A stretch of DNA of 64,000 bases, from assembly GCA_031414775.1 (NCBI GenBank), contig JANOQI010000024.1:103656-167655 (forward strand), given 5' to 3'. Positions 40,857 to 50,292 of the stretch are shown here, one piece after another. The notes below the pieces were generated by a model. The model was given only the letters and a program-made list of their open reading frames with translations, was not told where the DNA came from and did no database searches. Source of the DNA: Synechococcales cyanobacterium VAR_4_metabat_354. GTDB lineage: Bacteria; Cyanobacteriota; Cyanobacteriia; Cyanobacteriales; Chamaesiphonaceae. A program made the translations under genes and the position numbers. Within the stretch, counting starts at the first letter, position 1. The number at the start of each line of letters is the position of its first letter.

Positions 40857-42023
40857 ATGTCTTATCCCTATCGCTGGATCAATGATGCTTTAGCCACTAT
40901 TCATCAAGCCCATTGGTATCGATCAACTGCGGCCATTGAGCACTCAAGTGGATCGCAGATCTTGGTGGCTGGCCAACCGCTGATTAATTTTGCTGGTAAT
41001 GATTATTTGAGCTTGGCTACCGATCCGCGCCTCATGGCAGCAGCAACTGAGGCGGTTAAGACCTATGGCACAGGTAGTACTGGCTCACGGTTGGTAACTG
41101 GGCAACGGCCTTTGCATCAGGAGTTAGAACAATCGATCGCTCGGTTACATCAAGCAGAGGCGGCATTGGTGTTCAGCTCGGGCTATTTGGCTAATTTAGG
41201 AACCATTGCAGCAGTTGTTGGCGATCGAGATGTGGTTTTCAGCGACAGGTATAATCATTCCAGCCTGAAAAACGGCGCAGTTTTAAGTAAGGCAAAAGTG
41301 TTGGAGTATCAACACTGTGATGTCCAAGATTTACGTGCTCAGCTGCAAGCCCACCGGGGAAGCTTTCGGCGGTGCTTGATTGTAACTGATTCAGTTTTTA
41401 GTATGGATGGCGATCTTTGTCCTTTGCCAGAAATCGTGGCGGTGGCTGAAGAATTTGAGGCGATGCTATTAGTGGATGAAGCGCACGCGGTGGGGGTGTT
41501 GGGGGTGACCGGTGCGGGTGGTGTGGAGCAATATGGTCTCCAACAGCAGGAACTCATTCATGTTGGTACGCTCAGTAAGGCGCTGGGCAGTATGGGAGGT
41601 TATGTGGCGGGAAAGACGGTGCTGATTGATTTTTTGAGGAATCGCTGTCCGAGTTGGATTTATACGACGGCTTTGTCTCCAGCGGATACGGCAGCGGCGA
41701 TGGCGGCGCTCCAAGTGATGCAAGATGAACCGGAACGACGCGATCGACTGCAACAAAATATTGAATATTTACAAGCTGCTTTGGTTGATTTGCCGATTGG
41801 CCGAATTTTGCCTTCGCAGTCGGCAGTAATTTGCTGGGAGTTGCCCAGTACCCTCGTGGCTCTTCAGGTGTCAGCGGCGTTGCGATTATGGGGGATTTTT
41901 GCGCCCGCCATTCGGCCACCGACAGTGCCCACTAGTCGCATTAGAATGACGGTGATGGCTGATCACAGCCGTAGCGATTTAGATTATTTGGTAAGTTGCT
42001 TGCGATCGATCGAGCCTCGTTGA
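40857..42023 (+). CDS. bioF: 8-amino-7-oxononanoate synthase
   Basis: NDYL, SVFSMDGD, VDEAHA, GTLSKALG and AIRPPTVP motifs. Confidence 0.93.
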   Translation: MSYPYRWINDALATIHQAHWYRSTAAIEHSSGSQILVAGQPLINFAGNDYLSLATDPRLMAAATEAVKTYGTGSTGSRLVTGQRPLHQELEQSIARLHQAEAALVFSSGYLANLGTIAAVVGDRDVVFSDRYNHSSLKNGAVLSKAKVLEYQHCDVQDLRAQLQAHRGSFRRCLIVTDSVFSMDGDLCPLPEIVAVAEEFEAMLLVDEAHAVGVLGVTGAGGVEQYGLQQQELIHVGTLSKALGSMGGYVAGKTVLIDFLRNRCPSWIYTTALSPADTAAAMAALQVMQDEPERRDRLQQNIEYLQAALVDLPIGRILPSQSAVICWELPSTLVALQVSAALRLWGIFAPAIRPPTVPTSRIRMTVMADHSRSDLDYLVSCLRSIEPR

Positions 42024-42225
42024 AAATGTTAGAAATAAGCCTAATTTAGTAATGAGCTATTTTTTATTTGCAAAATTTTTTGAATACTTGTAAATTCAAC
42101 CACATTTTTAGATCATTTATTCTGATAGGATAAAAGACTTAATGTAAATGTCTTATTTGGTGAGTGTTTTGTCGAAGTTGGCAGACTTCACCAGTTGGCA
42201 AAATATCTTTGTGGGGCAATCTACT

Positions 42226-43221
42226 ATGACTAAAAAGATTCTCGTCCTGGGAGGACATGGTTTTATTGGAACCAGTTTATTGAAAGTACTCAATTCTTCC
42301 CAGAATAGTGCGATCGCTTTATCCAGAAAAGATGGATTTGACTTATCTTCTTATGAGCGCACCAGAAAATATATTAGGTTGTATCAACCAGATGTCATTG
42401 TTAATTTGGCAGGCCATGTAGGAGGATTGCCCTATGCCGCCAAACGTCATGGAGTTATTTTTGCTGATAACTCACAAATGGCGCTTAATCTATACCGAGC
42501 AGTGCAAGAAGTTTGCCCGCAGAGTTTGATCGTAAATCCCCTCTCCAACTGTTGTTATCCTGGTGATGCGGAGTTTTATACCGAGTCAGAATGGTTAAAT
42601 GGCGAAGTTCATCCCAGTGTTTATTCCTATGGCAATGCCAAGCGATTGATTTACACGCTGTCTTCTTGCTATGAATCACAGTTTGGGGTCAAAACAAGTC
42701 ATTACTTTATTCCTAACGCTTTTGGCCCTGGCGATAGTACAGATCCAGCCAAGGTTCATGCTCTCAATGGCATGATTATTCGGATGTTGCAGGCCAAGCA
42801 GGAACAACAACCAACCTTTGAAATTTGGGGCAGTGGCCAACCAATTCGGGAATGGATTTATGTTGAGGATATAGCGAAATTGCTGGCGCTGGCGATCGAT
42901 CGCAATTTATCCTTAGGTAAACCACTAAATCTAGCTCAGGGCAAAGGATATTCTATTCGAGAGTCGGCGGTATTGATCGCTCAAGCTATCGGTTTTCAAG
43001 GTAAGTTAGTTTTTTGTAAGGACTATCCCGATGGGGCAGCCAAGAAAATAATGAATCCTGAGCAATTCCAGCAGATCTTTGAAGATTATCAATTCTTCGA
43101 TCACTATGATGCAATTTGTAAAACTGTTGATTATTACCGTAGTATCTTGTTTGAGCCAGTGAAAAATCAGGTTCTAAATCTAAATGTGCCTACTATCTTG
43201 CCACCGATGAACCGCAGTTAA
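42226..43221 (+). CDS. NAD-dependent epimerase, GDP-L-fucose synthase-like
   Basis: GGHGFIG, NLAGHVGG, YGNAK and WGSGQPIREW motifs. Confidence 0.75.
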   Translation: MTKKILVLGGHGFIGTSLLKVLNSSQNSAIALSRKDGFDLSSYERTRKYIRLYQPDVIVNLAGHVGGLPYAAKRHGVIFADNSQMALNLYRAVQEVCPQSLIVNPLSNCCYPGDAEFYTESEWLNGEVHPSVYSYGNAKRLIYTLSSCYESQFGVKTSHYFIPNAFGPGDSTDPAKVHALNGMIIRMLQAKQEQQPTFEIWGSGQPIREWIYVEDIAKLLALAIDRNLSLGKPLNLAQGKGYSIRESAVLIAQAIGFQGKLVFCKDYPDGAAKKIMNPEQFQQIFEDYQFFDHYDAICKTVDYYRSILFEPVKNQVLNLNVPTILPPMNRS

Positions 43222-43240
43222 TCAGCATGTATTTTCTTGG

Positions 43241-43299
43241 TATAGCAGTAGCCAAGGTTGTTAGGACATTTTTTCATTAGTCCGCGTAGACGGACTTTG
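43241..43299. repeat. Probable remnant of cyanobacterial short dispersed repeats
   Basis: tatagcagtagccaaggttgttaggacat plus hairpin agtccg-cgtaga-cggact; single copy in the window, family call from memory. Confidence 0.35.
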
Positions 43300-43440
43300 C
43301 CCCGCAAAATACTAGTTGCTCTGTCGCGTAACACCCTGTGCTAGACGATGGCAGTCAAATAGCGGTAACGGTATCGATCACCAAGAGTACCATACTAAAA
43401 TTGACTTCACTGGCACTGTTTACGGATAGCCTAATGCAAA

Positions 43441-43470
43441 AGCCCTAGATTCTTGCAAGAATCTAGGGCT
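43441..43470 (-). terminator. Rho-independent terminator of rplU-rpmA
   Basis: Perfect 30-bp palindrome followed by T's on the minus strand. Confidence 0.8.
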
Positions 43471-43488
43471 GGAATGTCAGTTGTGAAC

Positions 43489-43749
43489 TTAAGCTACTGG
43501 AGCATAAACGCTAACTTTTTTGCCATTTTTACCGCGTCGTTCAAAAGTCACCACACCATCAACTAAAGCAAATAGTGTGTAATCTTTGCCTATGCCAACG
43601 CCGTTACCAGCATGAACAGTGGTGCCACGTTGGCGCACAATAATACAGCCAGCTTTGGCTACTTGACCGCCGTAAAGTTTGACCCCTAGGCGTTGGGCGT
43701 TAGAATCGCGCCCGTTTCTAGTACTACCTGTACCCTTCTTACTTGCCAT
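43489..43749 (-). CDS. rpmA: 50S ribosomal protein L27
   Basis: [21 protein letters not shown]. Confidence 0.97.
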   Translation of the reverse strand: MASKKGTGSTRNGRDSNAQRLGVKLYGGQVAKAGCIIVRQRGTTVHAGNGVGIGKDYTLFALVDGVVTFERRGKNGKKVSVYAPVA

Positions 43750-43776
43750 TATTTTCCTCGATTATAGAATGCGATA

Positions 43777-44094
43777 TTACTTAACAACGATCGAATCGAT
43801 CATCAAGCGAGTGATTTCTTGACGGTGACCACGTTTTTTACGGGTCTTTTTCTTAGGTTGCATCTTATAGACAATGACCTTGCGACCACGCATGTGGCGA
43901 ACGACAGTGCCGTTAACAACAGCTCCAGCCACCAACGGCTGACCAATAGTAATGTTGTCACCATCAGCGACCATGAGTACTTGATCAATGGTGACAACAC
44001 CTTGTTCTTCCACGTGGAGCAGCTCAATGTCATAGAAGCGACCGGCTTCCACTCGCATTTGTTTGCCACCAGTTTCAATAATTGCGTAAGTCAT
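43777..44094 (-). CDS. rplU: 50S ribosomal protein L21
   Basis: [10 protein letters not shown] and KKRGHRQ motifs. Confidence 0.97.
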   Translation of the reverse strand: MTYAIIETGGKQMRVEAGRFYDIELLHVEEQGVVTIDQVLMVADGDNITIGQPLVAGAVVNGTVVRHMRGRKVIVYKMQPKKKTRKKRGHRQEITRLMIDSIVVK

Positions 44095-44109
44095 AGATTT
44101 TGGATTAGT

Positions 44110-44172
44110 TTGCCGTACAGGTGCTTGCTACTAGCAAGACTTGCTATAAGTTTTATAACCTGATCCGAGCAG
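44110..44172 (-). promoter_or_regulatory. Putative L21-leader-like structured 5' UTR
   Basis: Minus strand GCUCGGAUCAGGU...ACCUGUACGGCAA enclosing a CUUGCUA/UAGCAAG inverted repeat. Confidence 0.45.
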
Positions 44173-44389
44173 AGGAACAGCCTTAAATTATCGTCTAAAG
44201 TGCACCTCATAGTCAAGCCATGATGGTCAAAACCAGCAATTCGCTATCTCAATGGGGATGCTCATCAAATTTAGAGATGGATATAAAGTCCCTCGACTCT
44301 TTACCGAGTGGATCAATAAATCTTCTAAATAGTAACCACCAAAAGCTCAGCTGAATGCTAAATTGATAGAGAATTCCGTATTAACTAGC

Positions 44390-45577
44390 ATGACTGGATT
44401 AATTACTACAGAAAGCCAATTCTCGTTCCAACTTGGTGAATTGCCCGAAAAACTGGCTGAGCATTTACGACAGGATCAGGCTGGTAATTGGCGTTTTCAA
44501 TTCGATAAATTAGCCCAACGGGAGTCGCCTTTCTATTGGTATGTGGGAGTAGCCAACGGTAGACTAATTCATTCTGGTAGTAGCGCCTGGTCATCAGCTA
44601 CAATACTTAGAACAGTGCGACGCTACAGTAAACATTTACGACAAAACGAGTTTCAAGCTCATCTCAAAATGTTGAGTGAACTATCTCAGCAGGAAGCATA
44701 TAATCCTTTATATTTAGTTGAGCAACTCAAACAGAATCAGATGGTGACCGATGGGCAGATCAGCCAATTTCTCCAAACTAAAATTCTGAGTGATTTTGAT
44801 CAATATTCTAGGTTCAGTTCAGGAATAGCTGATTTTATTTTTGATCCCCAACTGGTTAAACCACCAAATTTAGAGGGTTTCGAGATTGATGATATCTTAC
44901 AGCTAAGCAAAGCTCGGCAGTCTCAATGGCACACAATTAGGCAGTATGTACCTTCTCTGGGACTCATTCCCACTTTACGAGCTACCTCTACCCAGTTCCA
45001 GAGTTTTACAGTGGGGCAGCAAAAGAAGATTATGGAATTAGTTAAATCAGAAAGAAATGTTAATCAAATTGCCCGCCAACTGGCTAAAGATCATCTGGAT
45101 GTGGCTCAGATGTTTGCCAATTTGACACAGGCAGGTGTGATCACCATGGCTAAGCCGAAACCAACTAAAACTGTCACCGTGATGGTAATTGATGACTCAT
45201 CCTTAATGTTAACCCAGTTTAAGCATTGGCTAAAGTCTACACAGTATCAAGTGTTGGCTTGTCAACATGCCACTGATTCGATGGCGATGATTCGGCAACA
45301 TCAACCAGCAGCGATTTTCATTGATATCAATATGCCGGTAATTAGTGGGTTCGATTTGGTAAAACAAATTAGGTCCACGCCAGACATGGCGAATATCCCG
45401 ATCGCCATTTTGACCGGTGAACAAAAGCTCTCTAATCGGTGGAGAGCAAAATGGAGCAGCTGTGAATTTGTGACCAAGCCGATGACGGCTAGTGAACAAA
45501 GTGATTTTGCTGATACGCTGCAAGAACTGATCTCTCGGCTATTATCTGGCTCTGTTGTCGATCCTACCCAAACTTAA
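44390..45577 (+). CDS. PatA-type response regulator (PATAN-like plus receiver)
   Basis: C-terminal receiver VIDDS...DINMP...TKP; first gene of the che cluster. Confidence 0.8.
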   Translation: MTGLITTESQFSFQLGELPEKLAEHLRQDQAGNWRFQFDKLAQRESPFYWYVGVANGRLIHSGSSAWSSATILRTVRRYSKHLRQNEFQAHLKMLSELSQQEAYNPLYLVEQLKQNQMVTDGQISQFLQTKILSDFDQYSRFSSGIADFIFDPQLVKPPNLEGFEIDDILQLSKARQSQWHTIRQYVPSLGLIPTLRATSTQFQSFTVGQQKKIMELVKSERNVNQIARQLAKDHLDVAQMFANLTQAGVITMAKPKPTKTVTVMVIDDSSLMLTQFKHWLKSTQYQVLACQHATDSMAMIRQHQPAAIFIDINMPVISGFDLVKQIRSTPDMANIPIAILTGEQKLSNRWRAKWSSCEFVTKPMTASEQSDFADTLQELISRLLSGSVVDPTQT

Positions 45578-45591
45578 GCGTTGAAAAAAAT

Positions 45592-45972
45592 ATGCACTTT
45601 TTAGTTGTTGATGATAGTCCTGTAGACCGTTATGCATTGGTGAGCTTGTTATTTTTTATCGGCCATACGGCTGATCAATGTGAAGATCCGACAGTTGCTC
45701 TCCAACAAATCGAAAGTAATACGTATGATTCTATTTTTATCGATGTAGTCATGCCGGATTTAGATGGATATAAACTCCTGCGGGCATTACGACTCAACCC
45801 CAAAACGATCAATGAGTATGTGGTAATTTTTTCGAGCAAAAAAACACCATTGGAGGTGGACTATGGCATTAGACGTGCTGGGGCAGACGACTATTTAACT
45901 AAGCCAGTTACCCGAGAAAATCTTAACCAAATTTTGGATCGAGTAACTACCTTAAGGAGTAATGCCAGATGA
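45592..45972 (+). CDS. CheY-like single-domain response regulator
   Basis: VVDDS, DVVMP and YLTKP motifs. Confidence 0.88.
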   Translation: MHFLVVDDSPVDRYALVSLLFFIGHTADQCEDPTVALQQIESNTYDSIFIDVVMPDLDGYKLLRALRLNPKTINEYVVIFSSKKTPLEVDYGIRRAGADDYLTKPVTRENLNQILDRVTTLRSNAR

Positions 45973-46391
45973 ATGCATCTACACAGTCGATCGCTAAGAC
46001 GACTTCTCCACTAGAGCATCGTTTTATTATAGCTAAGGTTCTAGATCAGACTTTAGCTATTCCTGCTGGCTGGGTAGCGGAAATTCTGAGGGTGGATAAA
46101 AACAAGATATTGAATCTGCCATTTTATAAAGACTTGGTATTAGGTGTCACTCATCATAGTGGTCGAGTTCTACCGCTGCTATCCACTCACTTACTGATAG
46201 GCAAATGCCAAGTTGATTTGCGAGAAACTCTGACAGTAGTGCGGTTGGGATCGGTTGCTGGTGACGTTGTTGAAGTAGGATTAGTTGTTGACCAAGTAGT
46301 CCGCAGTGCTATGCAGTTCGAGCTACCCGTTGAAACGGTATTTTTCGATCTCCAGATGATGCAATTAGATTTATGGCAGCCATGCGCTTAG
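45969..46391 (+). CDS. CheW-like coupling protein
   Basis: VAEI, LPFY..LVLGV..HSG.VLPL and GLVVDQV motifs. Confidence 0.8.
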   Translation: MNASTQSIAKTTSPLEHRFIIAKVLDQTLAIPAGWVAEILRVDKNKILNLPFYKDLVLGVTHHSGRVLPLLSTHLLIGKCQVDLRETLTVVRLGSVAGDVVEVGLVVDQVVRSAMQFELPVETVFFDLQMMQLDLWQPCA

Positions 46392-46420
46392 ATTTCTTCC
46401 TCACAATCACAATTTAGTTT

Positions 46421-48283
46421 ATGAACAATCAACAGCTACCTACTTCAACCCAAAGAATCCGGCAGTTTGTTCGATCGCATTTATTCCTGCCCATGAATGT
46501 TGTGATTGCTGGTAACGTGTTATTCCTTGGTCTAGCGGCAGCAAATATTTGGAATGCTTATCAGGAATTTCGCCACACCTTAGAACAGCAGTTGGAGATG
46601 GAAAAACGGAGTAGCGAAGTTAAGTATCTAGGCGAATTTTTAACTGCATCGGCACGAATGGCCGCCACCACAGGTAATTCCCAGTGGGAAAAACGCTATA
46701 ACAATACTGCTAGGCTAAATGCCTCAATTGAATACATTTTAGATAATTCTGATGATGTGATACGGACACAAGTTCAGCGAACGGCTCAGGCTAAAGATAA
46801 ATTATTTAAGATGGAGTCTGATACCTTTGCCTTAGTGCGTAAGGGTAAAATCGAAGCAGCTCAATCTTTATTGTTCAGTCCTCAATACGACCAACAAAAA
46901 ACCATTTATGCCACAGGTAATAATTTGGTGTTCGCTCAGGCCGAAAAAATAATCCAGAAAAAATTGGATGATTACCAACAGCAGTTACTTATTTCGATCG
47001 GTCTTATGGTCGGGATCTTACCAGTTTTACTAGGGAGCTGGATTTTAGTCCGATTAGCGGTTCGCAACTATATCCGCGATCAGCAATTCGCTACAAAGAA
47101 TTGGCAAGTGTCTCAGAATCACCTGCTAGCGGCTCAGGGAGCTTTAGAGGAAGAAACACAACAGCTACAACATCAGAAACAAATAGTTCAGCAAGATCAC
47201 GAACAGCTTCAGCAAGATGTGGATGAATTGCTGGGAATGTTGAATGAAATCAAGTCTGGTAACTTGACTAGGCAAGCACCAGTTCATGATCGACCTATTG
47301 GTTTGATGGCTAATAGTATTAACCAACTGATTAAAGACTTAAGCAAAACGCTGCACCAAGTTATAACAATTAGTAATCAGTTGGATGGAGTTGTGCAAAG
47401 CCACAGAGATATCACGATGATTGTGACTGATAACATCGATCGGCAAACTCAATCGGTGGAAAAGATCTGGCGATTAATTAAAGCCATTCGTCAACTTGCT
47501 CAGAGTACGGTGCAGCAATCAGCTCATGCCAGCCAGTCTTTAGTTGTTCTCCAATCGGCAGTAGCCGATGGCCAATATACCATTACTACTCTTAGTCAAG
47601 ATATTGACATGCTGGAAGTAGGTAGTGATCGAATTGTTCAAGAGGTTAAGACTCTGGCTGAGTTCGTAGGGTTGACTGATAAATTCGTGCAAGATCAAGG
47701 AGAAATTGTTACTCAAACTACAATTCTGGCAATTAACGCCGCTTTGGTTGCTTCTCGGGCAGCAGAGCAGCGCGATCCCACGCAGTTCATGATTGTGGCT
47801 CGAGAATTTGAATTGATTGCTAACCAAGTTAGTCAATTAGCACAAAAAACTAATGAAGGTCTCACCAGCCTAGAGCAACGCAGTTCCCAAATTCACCGGG
47901 TAGTATCAGCTGTCAATACTGACGTACAAAAACTTGGTACTGTGGTAAATAGCTTTACACAAGGGGTCAAGCATACTCAAGAAATATTTTTGCAAGTGCA
48001 ATCCGTCACTGAGCAGTCCGTAAAGTTTGGAAAAAATATTGCGATCACTAGTCGAAAGATCGTAGACGATGCCAATACGACAGTCGTAGATATCGAATCA
48101 ATCATTACACTTGCCAGCCAAACTTTGCAATATTCTAAAAATACTCAGCAGCTAGGCGATCAGCTAAATATTCTCACTCAGGATTTATTAGATAATGTTC
48201 GAGTGTTTACGCTTTCTGAGTCAACTACAAAGACAGAGAATACTACTCATTCACAGCTTAAAGCTGTGGAGTTGACTCCTTAA
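46421..48283 (+). CDS. Methyl-accepting chemotaxis protein 1 (two TM, periplasmic helical sensor)
   Basis: Hairpin tip ILAINAALVASRAAEQRDP; HAMP-like GNLT..A; two TM segments. Confidence 0.85.
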   Translation: MNNQQLPTSTQRIRQFVRSHLFLPMNVVIAGNVLFLGLAAANIWNAYQEFRHTLEQQLEMEKRSSEVKYLGEFLTASARMAATTGNSQWEKRYNNTARLNASIEYILDNSDDVIRTQVQRTAQAKDKLFKMESDTFALVRKGKIEAAQSLLFSPQYDQQKTIYATGNNLVFAQAEKIIQKKLDDYQQQLLISIGLMVGILPVLLGSWILVRLAVRNYIRDQQFATKNWQVSQNHLLAAQGALEEETQQLQHQKQIVQQDHEQLQQDVDELLGMLNEIKSGNLTRQAPVHDRPIGLMANSINQLIKDLSKTLHQVITISNQLDGVVQSHRDITMIVTDNIDRQTQSVEKIWRLIKAIRQLAQSTVQQSAHASQSLVVLQSAVADGQYTITTLSQDIDMLEVGSDRIVQEVKTLAEFVGLTDKFVQDQGEIVTQTTILAINAALVASRAAEQRDPTQFMIVAREFELIANQVSQLAQKTNEGLTSLEQRSSQIHRVVSAVNTDVQKLGTVVNSFTQGVKHTQEIFLQVQSVTEQSVKFGKNIAITSRKIVDDANTTVVDIESIITLASQTLQYSKNTQQLGDQLNILTQDLLDNVRVFTLSESTTKTENTTHSQLKAVELTP

Positions 48284-48328
48284 ATTAAGTGATATTTAAA
48301 TTTTTTGTACTTCCTTCTCATTAAACTT

Positions 48329-50242
48329 ATGAATGCCAAAACATTACTACCATTTAGTAAAAACTTACCACCCGGTCGGATTCAAAACTTCTTACAAAGG
48401 CGACTGGTGGAGACAGTAGTATTTTTCATTTTGCTAAATTTAGGAGTAGCTGGAGCTACGACTTGGAACATCTGGAATATTTCTCAAAATCTCAAGAAGA
48501 TGGTTAACCGGCAGACTAATTTGCAAGCAGTTAGTAGCAGAACATCTGTCTTAGATTTAAACATCGATCGAAATCTATTGGTTATTCCTGGTAAACCCCT
48601 CTGGGAAAAACGTTATAGCGATAATGCTGCCGACCTTAAACTAATCACCGAAGATTTACGTAAAGATATTCCGAAGAAGGCCGTAGATATTTTTCAGCAA
48701 GTAGAAAAATCGGCGGAAAAATTAATTGCCTTGGAAAGACAGGCTTTTAAATTGTTAAAAGATAGAAAGCTGGAAGAGGCTGCTGCCATCCTCAACGGTA
48801 ATGAATATACCGAAGAGACTACGACATACATCCAAAGTGTCCAAGCAACCATCATCATCATTAATGACCAAATAAAAAGTCAAACTCAAGACCAACGGAT
48901 TGCCCTGGATCGATCAATTTTGCTGGTGGTTGCTAGTTTAGGATTGTTGTTAGCAATTGGGACAATTGTGGTGCTAACCATCCAGGGCTACATTCGCGAT
49001 CAAGAAAAATCTCGTCGCGCGATCCAAGAGTTTCAAGATAATTTACTTCAATTAAATGAGCAGTTGCAAGAAGAAGCCCAATTGCGATCGGCTCAACAAA
49101 CTCAGATTGTCTATGAAAGTGAAACACTTCAGACCGATGTCGGACATATTTTGGATGTGGTCTGTTCTATGGAGGAAGGTAATTTAACTGTTCAAGCAGA
49201 AGTGAATGAGCGAGCTACCGGTCTAGTGTCAGATACTCTCAATCGGTTAATTGAGTCGCTTAGTGGCATCATTGGGGTAGTTGTCTCTAGTGCCCATCAA
49301 GTGACCAATAGAGCTGCTGGACTCGATGAATTAGCTGTTGAAACTGCTAACCAAGCCCAAAATCAAACACAATCAATTCAGCAGATAGAATGTTTGATTG
49401 CTCAAGTGAATAAGCTCACTATTAATTCTCGCCAACAGGCAATTGCTACTACCAATGCGGTGCAATTAGCCAAAACTGCGGTAGAGAGTGGTCAAGAAGA
49501 AATGAATGCGATGGTCGATGGGATTGATAGCCTCCAGGAAGGTACTGAAGAGATTGTGAAACGGATGCAAGTGCTGAATGACTTTGTGGAGTTAGCTGCT
49601 CAATTTGCTAAAGATCAAAAACGGGTAGCAGCACTCACCCGTGTTTTGGCCTTAAACGCTGCATTGTTATCTACCAGAGCTGTTCAAGAGCAAGATCCTG
49701 AGCAATTTGCTAGCATTGCCAACGAATTTGAAACTATTGCGATCCAGGTAAATGAATTGGCGATCGATACCAACCGAAGCTTGGTAACACTGCAACAGCG
49801 CACTAATCAAATCCAAACTGTAACTTCTGGCCTGGATCAAGATGTAATTGATATCAATCAGCTGGTGCAAAAATTTACGGATGAAGTTAACAAATCTCGC
49901 CAAGCTTTTCGCAACATTCAATCAGTAACCGATCAAGTAGCCACCATGGGAGCACAGGTTAATGATTCTAGCCAAGATATTGCCGAAGTAGTCCGTAATA
50001 CCCTCAGCGCAATTCAGTCAATTGGTGTTATTGCTCAAAACACCGAAAATAAAGCGACAGTCACTCGAGAGCAAGTAAAAGACATGAGTGAGTTAGCCCA
50101 AGTTCTGCTCCAAAGAGTAGAATTTTTCCAGTTGAACCAATCAACTCCAGACATGTTGATTAGATCTTCAGTGCCAGCTAACTTTACAGAAGCTCCTTAC
50201 CCACCGCTACCAACTTACCAGTTCTTAGAATTACCTACCTGA
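48329..50242 (+). CDS. Methyl-accepting chemotaxis protein 2 (paralog of MCP1)
   Basis: Hairpin tip VLALNAALLSTRAVQEQDP; GNLTVQAEV; two TM segments. Confidence 0.85.
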   Translation: MNAKTLLPFSKNLPPGRIQNFLQRRLVETVVFFILLNLGVAGATTWNIWNISQNLKKMVNRQTNLQAVSSRTSVLDLNIDRNLLVIPGKPLWEKRYSDNAADLKLITEDLRKDIPKKAVDIFQQVEKSAEKLIALERQAFKLLKDRKLEEAAAILNGNEYTEETTTYIQSVQATIIIINDQIKSQTQDQRIALDRSILLVVASLGLLLAIGTIVVLTIQGYIRDQEKSRRAIQEFQDNLLQLNEQLQEEAQLRSAQQTQIVYESETLQTDVGHILDVVCSMEEGNLTVQAEVNERATGLVSDTLNRLIESLSGIIGVVVSSAHQVTNRAAGLDELAVETANQAQNQTQSIQQIECLIAQVNKLTINSRQQAIATTNAVQLAKTAVESGQEEMNAMVDGIDSLQEGTEEIVKRMQVLNDFVELAAQFAKDQKRVAALTRVLALNAALLSTRAVQEQDPEQFASIANEFETIAIQVNELAIDTNRSLVTLQQRTNQIQTVTSGLDQDVIDINQLVQKFTDEVNKSRQAFRNIQSVTDQVATMGAQVNDSSQDIAEVVRNTLSAIQSIGVIAQNTENKATVTREQVKDMSELAQVLLQRVEFFQLNQSTPDMLIRSSVPANFTEAPYPPLPTYQFLELPT

Positions 50243-50292
50243 ATAAATAGTAATCACCAAATTGCTCTTGATCCATCGTGCCCCGTAAAATC

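Noticed and set aside
41440..41760. G-rich compositional shift inside bioF as a recombination mosaic
   Set aside because: Impression only; explainable by Gly/Ala/Val-rich sequence and untestable without alignments
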